Shown: positions 46,151 through 60,217, counted from the stretch's first letter. The stretch is 64,000 bases of DNA from Candidatus Kapaibacterium sp. (GCA_963665665.1 OY762428.1:5088001-5152000), one strand, 5' to 3'. The notes: a model not told the origin generated them from the letters alone. Translations and numbers: made by a program.

Positions 46151-47782
46151 TTATTCGGTTCCTGGATAACGCTGATTAATATCGGATACAAATGACTTTA
46201 ATTTATTGTCAATATTGTTCATATCAGTATTATGAAGCGGAGTCAGGTTTCCTGAACCGGGGAAATCTTCGATATGAAGCGTGCTTGTCGGGAATGCAAA
46301 CCTGACTTCAAGAGCCTGTGCAAGCCTGATAACTTCATTGATAACCTGATGTCTGGCCTCTAATTCAGCGGTCCAGTCCGGAACATCAAAGAAAATGTAG
46401 AACAGTATTTCAATTGATGTTGCTCCGAGGTCGTTCAGATGTATCTGGTAATAGTCTTTTCTTGTATTTGGATGTGCTGCAATTATTTCTTTTAATCCCG
46501 AAACAAATGCGTCCAATTTTTCCGGAGGTGTGTCATACGTAAGCCCGATTTTGGAAACATAGCGCCGATATTGACGCCTGCCCATATTATCAATAGTCAT
46601 ATCAGAGAGTTTACCGTTTGGAATTGAAATTAGGGAATTGTAAAATGTCCTGACTCTTGTTGACCTTACTCCTACTTCTTCTACAGTGCCTTCATTTCCT
46701 GAAAATACAATCCAGTCGCCCACTTCAAATGGCTGGTCGGTGAAAATCGTTACCGAGCCGAAAAGATTTTTAATGGTATCCTGGGCAGCAAGAGCAAAAG
46801 CAAGGCCTCCTATTGAAATACCTGCCAGCAATGGTGTAACCGGAATGTCGATATTTTCCAGTATAAAAATACCGCCAAAAGCAACAACAAATATTTTGAA
46901 TGCCTTTCTTGCCAATGGAACAAGGTTGTCGTCTACAGTTGTGGATGTTTTACCTGCGAGTTTGCCAAGAAAATCAGAAAAGAGATCCGAAAGCCTGTAA
47001 ATTATCAGGGTTCCGGTAAACGGTATTAAAGCCCTTATCGCGTAGGAAAATATCATATTCATCTTCACAGGCAGGGTTAGTATCGGAAGAAAAAGAGATA
47101 ATAGAATAAGAACAAGTAAAAAGCTTAAGGGATTTGATATTGGCTGGATAAATTTATCGGCTAAACCTTTAAATGGAAGTTTAGATGCAATTCTTATAAG
47201 GAAAATACCAAAAATCCATCTGAAAAGATAGTATATCAGGAAGGAAAGAATAAAATAAATCACTATTCCTGCATATTGCCATATCTGTATTCCAAGAAAT
47301 TTGTTAAATGCAAATTCAGGCAGAATCTCTCTGAGTTCATCTATCGATATAGGAAAAGTTTCTGCATAAAGTGAAGGTATATGGCTAACAGTATGTTTGG
47401 AATATTTCCATTTCCCGTCTTTTTTCTCTAAATAAATATTTGGATAGTGATCAAATAGAATATATCTGTGCTTTCCGCTGATTGTATCAATATAATCTTT
47501 GTCTGTAGGAATATCATCCATAACAACAAACAATCCTCTTGCATCTAAAACAGCCTTTAGCTTCCTGGCAATTTTTTGTGATGCTTTAGATCCGGGGTTT
47601 TCGAGCCTGAATGCTGTAGAAGCTATACCGGGATTGTAGTTATCTTTCTGGAGGTTGCTTAAGTGAATATATACCGGGCCGTAGGGTGTTGAAAAATCAA
47701 CTTTCTTTTCAGAGGTTTCATCTGCAGATGAAATATTTGGTAAAAGAAAAAAAATTGCGAGAAATAAATATCCTATTTTCAT
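46151..47782 (-). CDS. Mechanosensitive ion channel, MscS family, with N-terminal periplasmic domain
   Basis: 'LLAGISIGGLAFALAAQDTIKNLFGS', 'PFEVGDWI', 'GTVEEVGVRSTRVRT', 'IPNG', 'FAFPT'. Confidence 0.92.
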   Translation of the reverse strand: MKIGYLFLAIFFLLPNISSADETSEKKVDFSTPYGPVYIHLSNLQKDNYNPGIASTAFRLENPGSKASQKIARKLKAVLDARGLFVVMDDIPTDKDYIDTISGKHRYILFDHYPNIYLEKKDGKWKYSKHTVSHIPSLYAETFPISIDELREILPEFAFNKFLGIQIWQYAGIVIYFILSFLIYYLFRWIFGIFLIRIASKLPFKGLADKFIQPISNPLSFLLVLILLSLFLPILTLPVKMNMIFSYAIRALIPFTGTLIIYRLSDLFSDFLGKLAGKTSTTVDDNLVPLARKAFKIFVVAFGGIFILENIDIPVTPLLAGISIGGLAFALAAQDTIKNLFGSVTIFTDQPFEVGDWIVFSGNEGTVEEVGVRSTRVRTFYNSLISIPNGKLSDMTIDNMGRRQYRRYVSKIGLTYDTPPEKLDAFVSGLKEIIAAHPNTRKDYYQIHLNDLGATSIEILFYIFFDVPDWTAELEARHQVINEVIRLAQALEVRFAFPTSTLHIEDFPGSGNLTPLHNTDMNNIDNKLKSFVSDINQRYPGTE

Positions 47783-47878
47783 AAGCCTTTAAAAAAAAAT
47801 TGTCAAAGTCTGATTTCAAATATATAAAAATTTGTGTAATTTAATCTAAAACATACTGTTTCTTTTTGGAATACCGGA

Positions 47879-49831
47879 ATGAAAGTAATTATTACTGTTT
47901 CAATTTTTATTTTGTTATACTTTTTTTCTTCAATTTTTGGCTCGGAATATTTGTGGGGTATTTCCCATTTGTCATATCTTCCAAAGTATATGTATATTTT
48001 TCCAATTATTTTAATTCTTGTTTCAATTATTCCTAAATCCAAAAATTCATTGGATAATTATTTCAACAGAACAGCAGACAAAAAGTTATCACTCCGGATT
48101 ATTATTGGTTTGATATTTATATCATTTGTTTTATTTGCACAGGCAATTCCAATCCTGGGTGACGGATTTCTTAGAATCCGTAATATCGAAGCCGGTATGA
48201 TGATAAGCGGGGCAGAACCGGGTGATACATTCGTTCACGCTGTGGTATACAGGTTGTTAAACAACTTTGTAACTGTCAGCGGAGCAGCTGTTTACTCATT
48301 GGTATCACTGCTTTCCGGGGCAGGTTTCCTGATCTATCTTGCAAAGCGTTCAATCAGACTTTTTGACAACCATTCCGATCAATTATTTTTCATACTTATT
48401 CTAGTTTTTAATGGAATATTTTACCAGTTTTTCGGATATGTGGAATCATATTCAATTCTGATATTGTTATTGTCAATGTTGTTAACCGAATTAATTATTT
48501 CATTGAAATATATAGAGTATAATCTATCCATACCCGTTCTCCTGGCATTGGCTATTATTACTCATCCGGTAGCATTAATATTTCTGCCTGCTTACTTTAT
48601 TTACTTTTTTAAAATTCGCTTTCCTCTGAAAAAAATTATTATTGACCTGATAATAATGGCTGGTATTGGAGCCATGCTTGTTATAATGTCACTTATCGCC
48701 GGAAAAGGCCTGTTTGGATTTTTACCTGAACCGGGAGAAAATACTTTACTGCCCGTTTTATCTTCCGCTGATATATACGGAGCTTTTTCATTTTTTCATT
48801 TACTCGACATTTTGAATCTTTTGTTTCTGGCAGCTCCGGTTATAATTATAAACCTGCTTTTTGGGGTGGAAAAATATTCAAAAATCACTAAATCATTTCT
48901 AATTATTTCCATAATTCCAATTCTTTTTGTCTTATTTTTCAATCCTGCATTGGGATTTGCAAGGGACTGGGATCTTTTTTCCATAGCATTTATTCCACTT
49001 ATCCTGGTATTTTCTTTTCAGCTTGCACAAAACAAAGAGTATCGCATTCCGGGATTCCTGATTTTACTTGCTGTATTTATTCCATGGGCAGGAGTTAATC
49101 ATTCCGAATCTGCTTCGGTTAAACGCACAGAGTCACTGGCCGGTACTGATTACTGGACGAAAAAATCAAGGGCCAACCTCCATGATGAATTGTCACATTA
49201 TTACTATGAAAATAATGACAAAGAAAATGCCCTTAGAAATATTTATAAATCAGATTCACTCAGGCCCAATGAAAGACAAATATATAAAGCCGGTGTGATA
49301 AATTTTGAACTTGGCCGATTTAACCAGGCATTAAATGACTTTTTGTCAATTAGTTCAGCTGACTATGAGAAACAGAAGGTTAATGAAATGCTGGCAGTAA
49401 TCTATTATAATCTTGGTAATTTCGATGAATCAGTAAAATACTGGGAGAAACTTGTTGAATACAAACCAGATGATAAGATTAAAGCACTCAATAATATTGC
49501 AATGTGCCACTATACAAATTCAAATTGGATAAAAGCTATTGCAGCTTTTAAGGATATAATCAGTTTTGATCCGTTAAACAAAAGTGCTTTAAACTATCTT
49601 GCTGAAATATATTATAAAACCGGGGATACACGGAATGCTATCGTTATTTATAACAAACTACTGAAGATTGAACCATCTAATTCCGGATACTATTTTAACC
49701 TAGCTTTATGCCAGGCAGATTCAGAAATGTTCCGGGAAGCACTCGAAAATGCTGAAAAGGCTAAGGCAGCAGGATTTGATCCGGTTACTATAAATGAGTT
49801 TATTCGATCAGTTCAAGCAGCTGTGAAGTAG
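47879..49831 (+). CDS. Polytopic membrane protein (GT-C-like) with C-terminal TPR repeats
   Basis: Roughly 12 hydrophobic segments with loop motifs 'LGDG', 'GYVESY', 'RDWDLFS'. TPRs such as 'LAVIYYNLGNFDESVKYWEKLV' and 'LAEIYYKTGDTRNAIVIY'. Confidence 0.75.
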   Translation: MKVIITVSIFILLYFFSSIFGSEYLWGISHLSYLPKYMYIFPIILILVSIIPKSKNSLDNYFNRTADKKLSLRIIIGLIFISFVLFAQAIPILGDGFLRIRNIEAGMMISGAEPGDTFVHAVVYRLLNNFVTVSGAAVYSLVSLLSGAGFLIYLAKRSIRLFDNHSDQLFFILILVFNGIFYQFFGYVESYSILILLLSMLLTELIISLKYIEYNLSIPVLLALAIITHPVALIFLPAYFIYFFKIRFPLKKIIIDLIIMAGIGAMLVIMSLIAGKGLFGFLPEPGENTLLPVLSSADIYGAFSFFHLLDILNLLFLAAPVIIINLLFGVEKYSKITKSFLIISIIPILFVLFFNPALGFARDWDLFSIAFIPLILVFSFQLAQNKEYRIPGFLILLAVFIPWAGVNHSESASVKRTESLAGTDYWTKKSRANLHDELSHYYYENNDKENALRNIYKSDSLRPNERQIYKAGVINFELGRFNQALNDFLSISSADYEKQKVNEMLAVIYYNLGNFDESVKYWEKLVEYKPDDKIKALNNIAMCHYTNSNWIKAIAAFKDIISFDPLNKSALNYLAEIYYKTGDTRNAIVIYNKLLKIEPSNSGYYFNLALCQADSEMFREALENAEKAKAAGFDPVTINEFIRSVQAAVK

Positions 49832-50001
49832 TACCGAATATTGTAATATGTAATATCCATCTATCATAATTTTCTAATGATTTTAATAGTATTCAGCAGG
49901 ATAAAAAATGAAAATTGAAAATGAAGAATAACAAAATAGATGTTTATCCGTAACCATGTTTATTATATTAGTAAAATTTTCTTTAATAACCGGTATAGCA
50001 G

Positions 50002-50499
50002 ATGAAATATTTAAAATTATTAGTTCTGATACCAATTGTAGCTTTTATTTCCTGCGACGGAGGCCTTGAACCTGAACCGCCAACCTTCATCAATTTAAAT
50101 ATCCAATTTGTTGAAGGTGCAGCTGCCTGGCCGAGCCCGGCAGCAAATCCGGATCAGGATTCAATTTACGATCTCAGGTTTGTTGCTTTCAAATCCTATC
50201 CACCGCAGGATATTCTAACTGAATTATTAAGCGGCAATGCATTATTCTCTGAATCTCTTCCCTTATTTAAGGATTCGATACAATTTGATTTTCTTATTGA
50301 AGAAATACCGGTTGACCTTAAATACCTGGTGATAGCATGGCAATACGGAGAAAACCTTACAAGCGACTGGCGTGTGGCCGGAGTTTACACAATCACAGGA
50401 AATGTTGAAGAGCCGGGTGAACTGAATATTGATGAATCGGGATATTACCCGGTTTCGATAATAGTAGATTGGGAAAACCTGCCTCCTCAACCATTTTAA
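50002..50499 (+). CDS. Hypothetical lipoprotein upstream of the TonB-dependent receptor
   Basis: 'MKYLKLLVLIPIVAFIS-CDGGLEP' lipoprotein signal. 18 nt upstream of the TBDR. Confidence 0.75.
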   Translation: MKYLKLLVLIPIVAFISCDGGLEPEPPTFINLNIQFVEGAAAWPSPAANPDQDSIYDLRFVAFKSYPPQDILTELLSGNALFSESLPLFKDSIQFDFLIEEIPVDLKYLVIAWQYGENLTSDWRVAGVYTITGNVEEPGELNIDESGYYPVSIIVDWENLPPQPF

Positions 50500-50517
50500 A
50501 TAATTCGGAAAAATATT

Positions 50518-52689
50518 ATGAAGTTTCTTATTATTCTATTTACCCTGTTTTATACCGGACAAATATTTGCAGCCGATTTGAAGGGAATTATTCTTGAAGA
50601 AGAAACAAATACACCCATTGCCGGAGCAACTATTAGGGTGGAGGGGAAGGCCTTTGGTGCTATCAGTAACCGAGAAGGGTATTTTATAATCAGCAACTTG
50701 AAGAAAAGCAGTTTTACCCTGGTAGTTTCAATGGTGGGGTATGTAAGAAAAAGAGTAGAAATCAGTAATGATGATTTTGACAGGGAAATTACTATTGCAA
50801 TCACACCCAGCCCTTTGCAGACAAGTGAAATTGTAGTAACTGCAAATAAACGTGTTCAGGCAGTTCAGGAAGTACCGATATCGGTATCAATTTTCGATAA
50901 CAAACAGATTTTTGAACGCAGTATAGCAAAAGCTGATGAAGCCCTTGCGTATGTTCCCGGCCTTCAGGTAAAAAAAGGAAGTGTTGATATCAGGGGGGCA
51001 TCCGGATTTGCACTCGGAGTAGGTTCACGTGTTGCACTGCTACTGGACGGCTTCCCATATCTTTCTGCTGATAATGGGGATATGAAATTTGATGCGCTAC
51101 CTTTACTTGAAATTGACAGGATAGAAGTTGTAAAGGGTGCAGGGTCGGCATTATATGGTACTGGAGCGCTGGGTGGCGTGATAAATGTGATAACATCAAA
51201 ACCTGAGAAGGAAGGGCAGTTGAAGTTTCGTTCTTTTGCCGGGGTATATACCAAACCCCGCTATGAGCAATGGGAATATTCTGACGGATTCCATACCAGC
51301 AAATCAATTGAAGCAAGTTACAGCAAAAAATTTGGCGATCTTGGATTAATCGCATTCGGAAGCATTGGTAATGATCAGAGCTATCGTCAATACGATGATT
51401 CAAAAAAAATGTCGGCTTTCTCTAAATTGAACTATCAATTCAGCGATTATTTTAATTTTTCTTTTACCGGTTCATATGCCCGTGAAGACAGAGCTGACTG
51501 GGTATACTGGAACAGCCTGGATACAGCTACATTTCCGAGTAATCTTCCTGAAGATAGAAACAGGCTACAGTCGGATAAGCTAACGTTAACAGGACAGGGC
51601 AGATATTTATTTGACGGCGATAATTTTTTAATATTCAGAACCGGTTTGTTCAGAACTGAGCTGGAAACAGATCATGAGGTATCAGATAGTGACTACAGGC
51701 AGTCCGATGCTAATTCCTACAATTTTGAAATACAGATGAACCAGAAAATAAGTGACCAATTATTGTTGACTTACGGCGTTAATTTCAATCTTAACGAAGT
51801 GAAATCCCATACATACGGCAATGAGAACCAGAATATTTTTTCGGGTTATATGCAGGGTGAATACTCTGTTCTTGAGGAGTTGACAATGAACCTCGGGACA
51901 AGAATTGATTATGAAAAAACCGGCGATCTGGAAGAAAATCAGGAAATATCTCCTAAGTTCGGGCTTAGTTATAAATTTGATGAAAATATTAATTTCAGAG
52001 CCTCGATTGGAGCAGGTTTCAGGGCTCCAATGGTTGTCGAGAAATTTACTACGATAAGTTTTGGTGGATTTGACGTCATTCCCAATCCCGATCTTAAACC
52101 TGAGCATAGTATGTCTTATGAGATCGGCGGCAACTATGAATTCAATATTGGGGATTTTCCTTTCAAAGCTGATATGGCAGTATTTTATAATAATCTCAGC
52201 GATCTGATTGAACCTGAAATTCAGGGTACCGAGATAATTTTCAGAAATATAACAAAAGCAAATATTATAGGTTCGGAATTAGCCTTAGAAGGATTTCTTG
52301 GTTTTGCAGGTTTCAGGACAGCACTCACTCTTATGGACCCAAGAGATGAAGCGACTGATAAAATGCTAAAGTACAGATCTGAAGTATTATGGTATTCGCA
52401 AATAATGTTTCCGATTGGATTCGTGCAGTTCCAGGCTGATTACAGGTATATAAGTAAAATGGAGGAAGTCGATGACGAACTTTCGATTGCAGGAGTTAAA
52501 GATATTAATGCCCGGGTTCCGGTTCATATTGTTGATGCACGTCTTATATTTGATCTTGAAAAAATTGACTTTCTGCCGGTAAGGCTTTCTCTGAATGCAA
52601 AGAACCTGTTTGATTATTATTATACTGAGATTATTGCGAATTTGGGGCCGACTAGATTTTTATCTGTCCAGGTTGACGGTAAGTTATGA
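50518..52689 (+). CDS. TonB-dependent receptor with N-terminal CarboxypepD_reg-like domain
   Basis: 'PIAGATIRV', TonB box 'EIVVTA', plug 'IDRIEVVKGAGSALYG..ALGGVINVIT', barrel 'NPDLKPE' and 'KNLFD'. Confidence 0.92.
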   Translation: MKFLIILFTLFYTGQIFAADLKGIILEEETNTPIAGATIRVEGKAFGAISNREGYFIISNLKKSSFTLVVSMVGYVRKRVEISNDDFDREITIAITPSPLQTSEIVVTANKRVQAVQEVPISVSIFDNKQIFERSIAKADEALAYVPGLQVKKGSVDIRGASGFALGVGSRVALLLDGFPYLSADNGDMKFDALPLLEIDRIEVVKGAGSALYGTGALGGVINVITSKPEKEGQLKFRSFAGVYTKPRYEQWEYSDGFHTSKSIEASYSKKFGDLGLIAFGSIGNDQSYRQYDDSKKMSAFSKLNYQFSDYFNFSFTGSYAREDRADWVYWNSLDTATFPSNLPEDRNRLQSDKLTLTGQGRYLFDGDNFLIFRTGLFRTELETDHEVSDSDYRQSDANSYNFEIQMNQKISDQLLLTYGVNFNLNEVKSHTYGNENQNIFSGYMQGEYSVLEELTMNLGTRIDYEKTGDLEENQEISPKFGLSYKFDENINFRASIGAGFRAPMVVEKFTTISFGGFDVIPNPDLKPEHSMSYEIGGNYEFNIGDFPFKADMAVFYNNLSDLIEPEIQGTEIIFRNITKANIIGSELALEGFLGFAGFRTALTLMDPRDEATDKMLKYRSEVLWYSQIMFPIGFVQFQADYRYISKMEEVDDELSIAGVKDINARVPVHIVDARLIFDLEKIDFLPVRLSLNAKNLFDYYYTEIIANLGPTRFLSVQVDGKL

Positions 52690-53508
52690 TCTTTGTTTGT
52701 AGATGTAGATAATACATGCTGAGAAAAGAATCAATCCGCCGAGAAGAAATCCAATAGCAGGTAAAATATCAATATCGGGCAAGGCTTGTTCCTCTTCTAC
52801 TGCGAAATACATTGCAACAACTACCATAGCATTATTTATTAAATGTAGAAATATTGGTACTTTAAGGCTTTTTCCGGCATACGCGCTTGTTCCGAGAAGA
52901 ATGCTTATCATCATCAATGGAATAAACTCCACTGGATTGAAATGAATGGAAGCAAAAATAACCGAACTGATACCAATTGCCAAAAAAGGATATAATTTTT
53001 TTTCAAGTGTTGATTGCAAATAACCCCTGAACATAAACTCTTCGCAGACAGCCGGGAATAATGCCCCGATTAAAAGGCTGATAACCAATTGCTCAGGGGT
53101 ATCCGCATTCAAAAGGTTAGAATATGCTTCTTCCACAATTTTTTCAAAATCCTTGTAGTATTCCATCATGAAATCAGGTATCAACTTTTCCTGGAGTATC
53201 ATATAACCTATTGCAAAAATCCTCATTGATGCCAGACCCCCAATTCCGGCAATATACAAATGTATTCCCGGCTTACCTCTTAACCTGAATATATCCTTCA
53301 GCGGGTAGGGGAGTTTAGATCCAAGTATAAGGGCCGGTGTAAGCAGGAAAAGTAACTGACTGAGTCCGATAACATATGGTAGAAGCTCATCACGGGAGTC
53401 CGGAAAAAAATATTCCAGAATAAGCCATCCCGGTATGGAATACATAAGTGACACAAGAACAGAGCTTACAAGTACGAAAAAAATAATATTGGAATTTTCT
53501 TTCTGCAA
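52684..53508 (-). CDS. CPBP/Abi (CAAX) intramembrane glutamic protease
   Basis: 'EEFMFRG', 'FASIH', 'HLINN', multiple TMs. TTG start. Confidence 0.88.
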   Translation of the reverse strand: MQKENSNIIFFVLVSSVLVSLMYSIPGWLILEYFFPDSRDELLPYVIGLSQLLFLLTPALILGSKLPYPLKDIFRLRGKPGIHLYIAGIGGLASMRIFAIGYMILQEKLIPDFMMEYYKDFEKIVEEAYSNLLNADTPEQLVISLLIGALFPAVCEEFMFRGYLQSTLEKKLYPFLAIGISSVIFASIHFNPVEFIPLMMISILLGTSAYAGKSLKVPIFLHLINNAMVVVAMYFAVEEEQALPDIDILPAIGFLLGGLILFSACIIYIYKQRS

Positions 53509-53516
53509 ATCAGGCC

Positions 53517-54257
53517 CTACACAATTCCAAATAATTTAACTGCCATAATCAGAATTGCAACTATCATAACATATCTTACAAGTTTTTCTCCTTTTTTGAT
53601 TTGAAGCTTAGCAGCCCACCAGCCGCCAAAAGCATTTCCTGCGGCGAGTCCCAAACCAAGCTTCCAGTCAACATTATCAGTTATAAAAAATACTAATAAT
53701 GCAGGAATAGTATAGATCAGAACTATGAAAACTTTGTGCATATTAGTATTTACAAGATTCAGGCTTTTCAGATAATTTATGGCAGCCATCAGGATAAAAC
53801 CAACACCAACCTGAATAAATCCGCCATAGAATCCGATCAGGAACATTACAGGATAAATCAACCATGGGCGTTTAGCCTCAATTTCACTTTTTTTCTTTTT
53901 GGGTATAAGCATGTTAACCACAATGGCGATCATTACAATTCCGAGAATCATCTTGAAGGTTTCATCACCAATTTTCACGGCAGTAATAGCACCGATTATT
54001 CCTCCCGGCAGTGTGAAAACCGCCATTTTCATACTTTGCCCGAACTCTGAATAATTTTCTTTTTTGAATGAACTGATGGCTGCAATGTTCTGAACAAATA
54101 TTGCTACCCTGTTAGTTCCGTTTGCAAGAGTAGGGTTTAATCCCAGAAATATCAGCAATGGAAGTGTTAGCGTTGAACCGCCTCCTGCCATAACATTCAA
54201 AAATCCTGCAACAGAGCCGACTACAAATAATAGTAGTAAAATTAAAATATCGTCCAA
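53517..54257 (-). CDS. Sulfite exporter TauE/SafE (TSUP) family protein
   Basis: 'AGFLNVMAGGGS', 'ANGTNR', 'GFYGGFIQVGVG'. Confidence 0.9.
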   Translation of the reverse strand: MDDILILLLLFVVGSVAGFLNVMAGGGSTLTLPLLIFLGLNPTLANGTNRVAIFVQNIAAISSFKKENYSEFGQSMKMAVFTLPGGIIGAITAVKIGDETFKMILGIVMIAIVVNMLIPKKKKSEIEAKRPWLIYPVMFLIGFYGGFIQVGVGFILMAAINYLKSLNLVNTNMHKVFIVLIYTIPALLVFFITDNVDWKLGLGLAAGNAFGGWWAAKLQIKKGEKLVRYVMIVAILIMAVKLFGIV

Positions 54258-54316
54258 AATTTACCTAAATATTGGTTGCAAATAATTCTAATATATTATT
54301 AAAACACATGGAGGGT

Positions 54317-55240
54317 TTATTTGTCCTTTTCATTCTTTATTTCTAGAATATCTTCGATGGATAAACCAGTAAGCCTTGATATTTCATCATCATTATAACC
54401 GCTGATGATCATAGTTTTAGCGATATTGATTTTGCTCTCGGTCATGCCTTTTTCTAATCCCTCTTTTCTACCCTCTTCTCTGCCTTCTTTTCTGCCCTCT
54501 TTTCTGCCCTCTACTCTACCTTGCCTTATTCCCTTCTCTATGGAATCAGATTTTATTGCTTTTTCAACTCTTACAGCATCCCAGTACCTGTCATAGACCT
54601 CAAGTTCATCCTTAGTGTAGCTGGATTCCTCAAGAATTTCAATAGCTTTCCTGATTTTATCATTTTCGGGAGATTCTTTAATTGCGGGGTTTTCATTATC
54701 AAATTCAGTCAGGAAACGCAGCCATAAAACAGCCATACGTTTTTCTGCAATTGTTTCGGGTTTAAATTTGGGAAGTTCTATAAAAACAAATTCCAAACCT
54801 TCTATTCTGTCTTCACTATTTTCAATATTCACAATTCTGTAATGATGGTAAAAATCAGTTTCATCAGGAAGATAATTGTCATTAACCAAATTCAGTGAAT
54901 ATACAGGGCACATTGATTTAAATTCTTTGCCTCTTTCCAATTGGCTGACATAAGCCTTTGATGCATTAAGCAACACTCTTACTTTAAAACTGTCCGTCCA
55001 GTGCATTTGCATTTCGATAATAAACTGTCGTCCGGAATTATCTATACACCGAACGTCAACTATTGAATTTTTTACTCCCGGTGTAATTGGGACTAACTCG
55101 GGTGACAAATACTCAAGACTTTCGATAAATTGGCCGTCATCGAAAGGCATTAGTGCGTTTAGAAAGCTAATTAGCAAATCAGGGTTTTCACCGAAAACCT
55201 TTTTGAAAGTCAGGTCGTTTTTTGGATCCAGGTAGCGCAT
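54317..55240 (-). CDS. Rpn/YhgA-like PD-(D/E)XK nuclease family protein
   Basis: 'YLDPKNDLTFKKVFG', 'SIVDVRC...FIIEMQ', 'FIELPKF', (EGRK)n repeat, and C-terminal 'IAKTM...ISRLTGLS' HTH-like tail. Confidence 0.92.
   Translation of the reverse strand: MRYLDPKNDLTFKKVFGENPDLLISFLNALMPFDDGQFIESLEYLSPELVPITPGVKNSIVDVRCIDNSGRQFIIEMQMHWTDSFKVRVLLNASKAYVSQLERGKEFKSMCPVYSLNLVNDNYLPDETDFYHHYRIVNIENSEDRIEGLEFVFIELPKFKPETIAEKRMAVLWLRFLTEFDNENPAIKESPENDKIRKAIEILEESSYTKDELEVYDRYWDAVRVEKAIKSDSIEKGIRQGRVEGRKEGRKEGREEGRKEGLEKGMTESKINIAKTMIISGYNDDEISRLTGLSIEDILEIKNEKDK
54458..54517 (-). repeat. Intragenic 12-bp tandem repeat (5 copies) in the Rpn gene
   Basis: Plus strand TCCCTCTTTTCT ACCCTCTTCTCT GCCTTCTTTTCT GCCCTCTTTTCT GCCCTCTACTCT, encoding RVEG-RKEG-RKEG-REEG-RKEG. 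Confidence 0.9.
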
Positions 55241-55308
55241 AAAATGCTCCGTCTAAATCAAATGATTATATTTAAAAAACGTATTTTTCAAATAGTTATT
55301 ACAATATT

Positions 55309-58769
<3,461 letters not shown>

Positions 58770-58863
58770 TTTACCGCCGATGAAATCAAGTTGCAATTAT
58801 TAAATTTATTAAAGATAAAAAAAAACTTTAAAATTAAAGTATATATATTCTTAAAATTCAAAG

Positions 58864-58898
58864 AAAAAAGCCCGATATTATCAGTTATTCGGGCTTTT
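58864..58898 (-). terminator. Intrinsic terminator of purB
   Basis: AAAAGCCCGA / TCGGGCTTTT stem with a T-run on the minus strand. Confidence 0.8.
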
Positions 58899-58918
58899 AT
58901 TTCAATTTCTTTAGCCTC

Positions 58919-60217
58919 TTACTTATTCAGGCCGCATCTTTCGAAAATATAGTCAGCACTTTCGATTACTCTGTCATTAACGAACAGAGCTTTTATTTCT
59001 CCTTCGCTGATATATTTCATTAATTCTTCGTTTTCGAGTACTGTATCAAGGAATGGAATTTTCTCGTTGAATGTTTTCATGGCAGAGCGCTGTACAAGAA
59101 CATATGCTTCCTGGCGTTTCATTCCTCTTTTGGCTAATTCAAGAAGAATTTTCTGAGAATAAATTAAGCCGTTTGAAAGTTCAAGGTTTTTCTTCATATT
59201 TTCGGGATAGACTACCAGGTTGTCTATCAGTTTGATTGCTTTATTCATGATATAATCCAGAGAAATTGTGGAATCAGGAAGAATCACTCTTTCCACGCTG
59301 CTGTGGGAAATATCTCTTTCATGCCAAAGTGCATTATTTTCAATGGCGGCGAGGGCATTAGTCCTGAGCAATCTTGCCTGCCCGCTGATATTTTCTGATG
59401 TTATAGGGTTCCTTTTATGGGGCATCGCCGATGAACCTTTCTGGCCTTTAGAGAAAAATTCTTCGGCTTCGTTAACTTCAGTTCTTTGCAGGTGGCGTAT
59501 TTCAATTGCAATTTTTTCAAGCATCGAGCCACAAAGTGCTATAACATTAAGGAAATATGCATGACGGTCGCGCTGAACTATCTGTGTTGAAACCGGGTCC
59601 GGTTTCAGGCCGAGTTTTTCACATACATAGTTTTCAACGTCGGGGGAAAGGTGCTCGTAAGTACCTACAGCACCGCTGATCTTGCCATAAGATACCTGCT
59701 GCAGGGCCTGTTCCATTCTTTCGATATTGCGTTTACATTCCTCGTACCAAACACAAACTTTCAGTCCGAAAGTAGTGGGTTCTGCATGAATGCCATGGCT
59801 GCGGCCAATACATAAGGTGTGTTTGTGTTCTTTGGCTTTTTTTGCAAGTACGGATTTCAGGGTTTTCAGGTCTTCCAGCAGTAATTCACCTGCCTGTTTT
59901 AGCTGAACAGCGTTACATGTGTCCAGTACATCGCTTGATGTCATGCCAAGATGTATGTGCCTTGAGGGAGCACCAACATATTCTTCAACGTTAGTAAGGA
60001 ATGCAATAACGTCATGCTTTGTAACTTCTTCAATTTCAAGAATTCTGTCTACGTTAAAATCAGCTTTTTCGCGAATAATCTTTACATCTTCTTCTGGTAT
60101 CAGGCCTTGCCTGGCCTGTGCTTCGCAAGCAAGAATTTCAATTTCAAGCCAAATAGAGAATTTATTCTGATCTGTCCATATTCTGCCCATTTCCGGTCTG
60201 GTGTATCTTGCAATCAT
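58919..60217 (-). CDS. purB: Adenylosuccinate lyase
   Basis: 'MIARYTRPEM', 'TKHDVIAF', 'HLGMTSSDV', 'GRSHGIHAEP', signature 'GSSAMPHKRNP'. GGAG RBS. Confidence 0.97.
   Translation of the reverse strand: MIARYTRPEMGRIWTDQNKFSIWLEIEILACEAQARQGLIPEEDVKIIREKADFNVDRILEIEEVTKHDVIAFLTNVEEYVGAPSRHIHLGMTSSDVLDTCNAVQLKQAGELLLEDLKTLKSVLAKKAKEHKHTLCIGRSHGIHAEPTTFGLKVCVWYEECKRNIERMEQALQQVSYGKISGAVGTYEHLSPDVENYVCEKLGLKPDPVSTQIVQRDRHAYFLNVIALCGSMLEKIAIEIRHLQRTEVNEAEEFFSKGQKGSSAMPHKRNPITSENISGQARLLRTNALAAIENNALWHERDISHSSVERVILPDSTISLDYIMNKAIKLIDNLVVYPENMKKNLELSNGLIYSQKILLELAKRGMKRQEAYVLVQRSAMKTFNEKIPFLDTVLENEELMKYISEGEIKALFVNDRVIESADYIFERCGLNK

Noticed and set aside
54317-55240. Rpn gene as an insertion sequence
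   Set aside because: No terminal inverted repeats or target duplication seen, and Rpn proteins are not established transposases.
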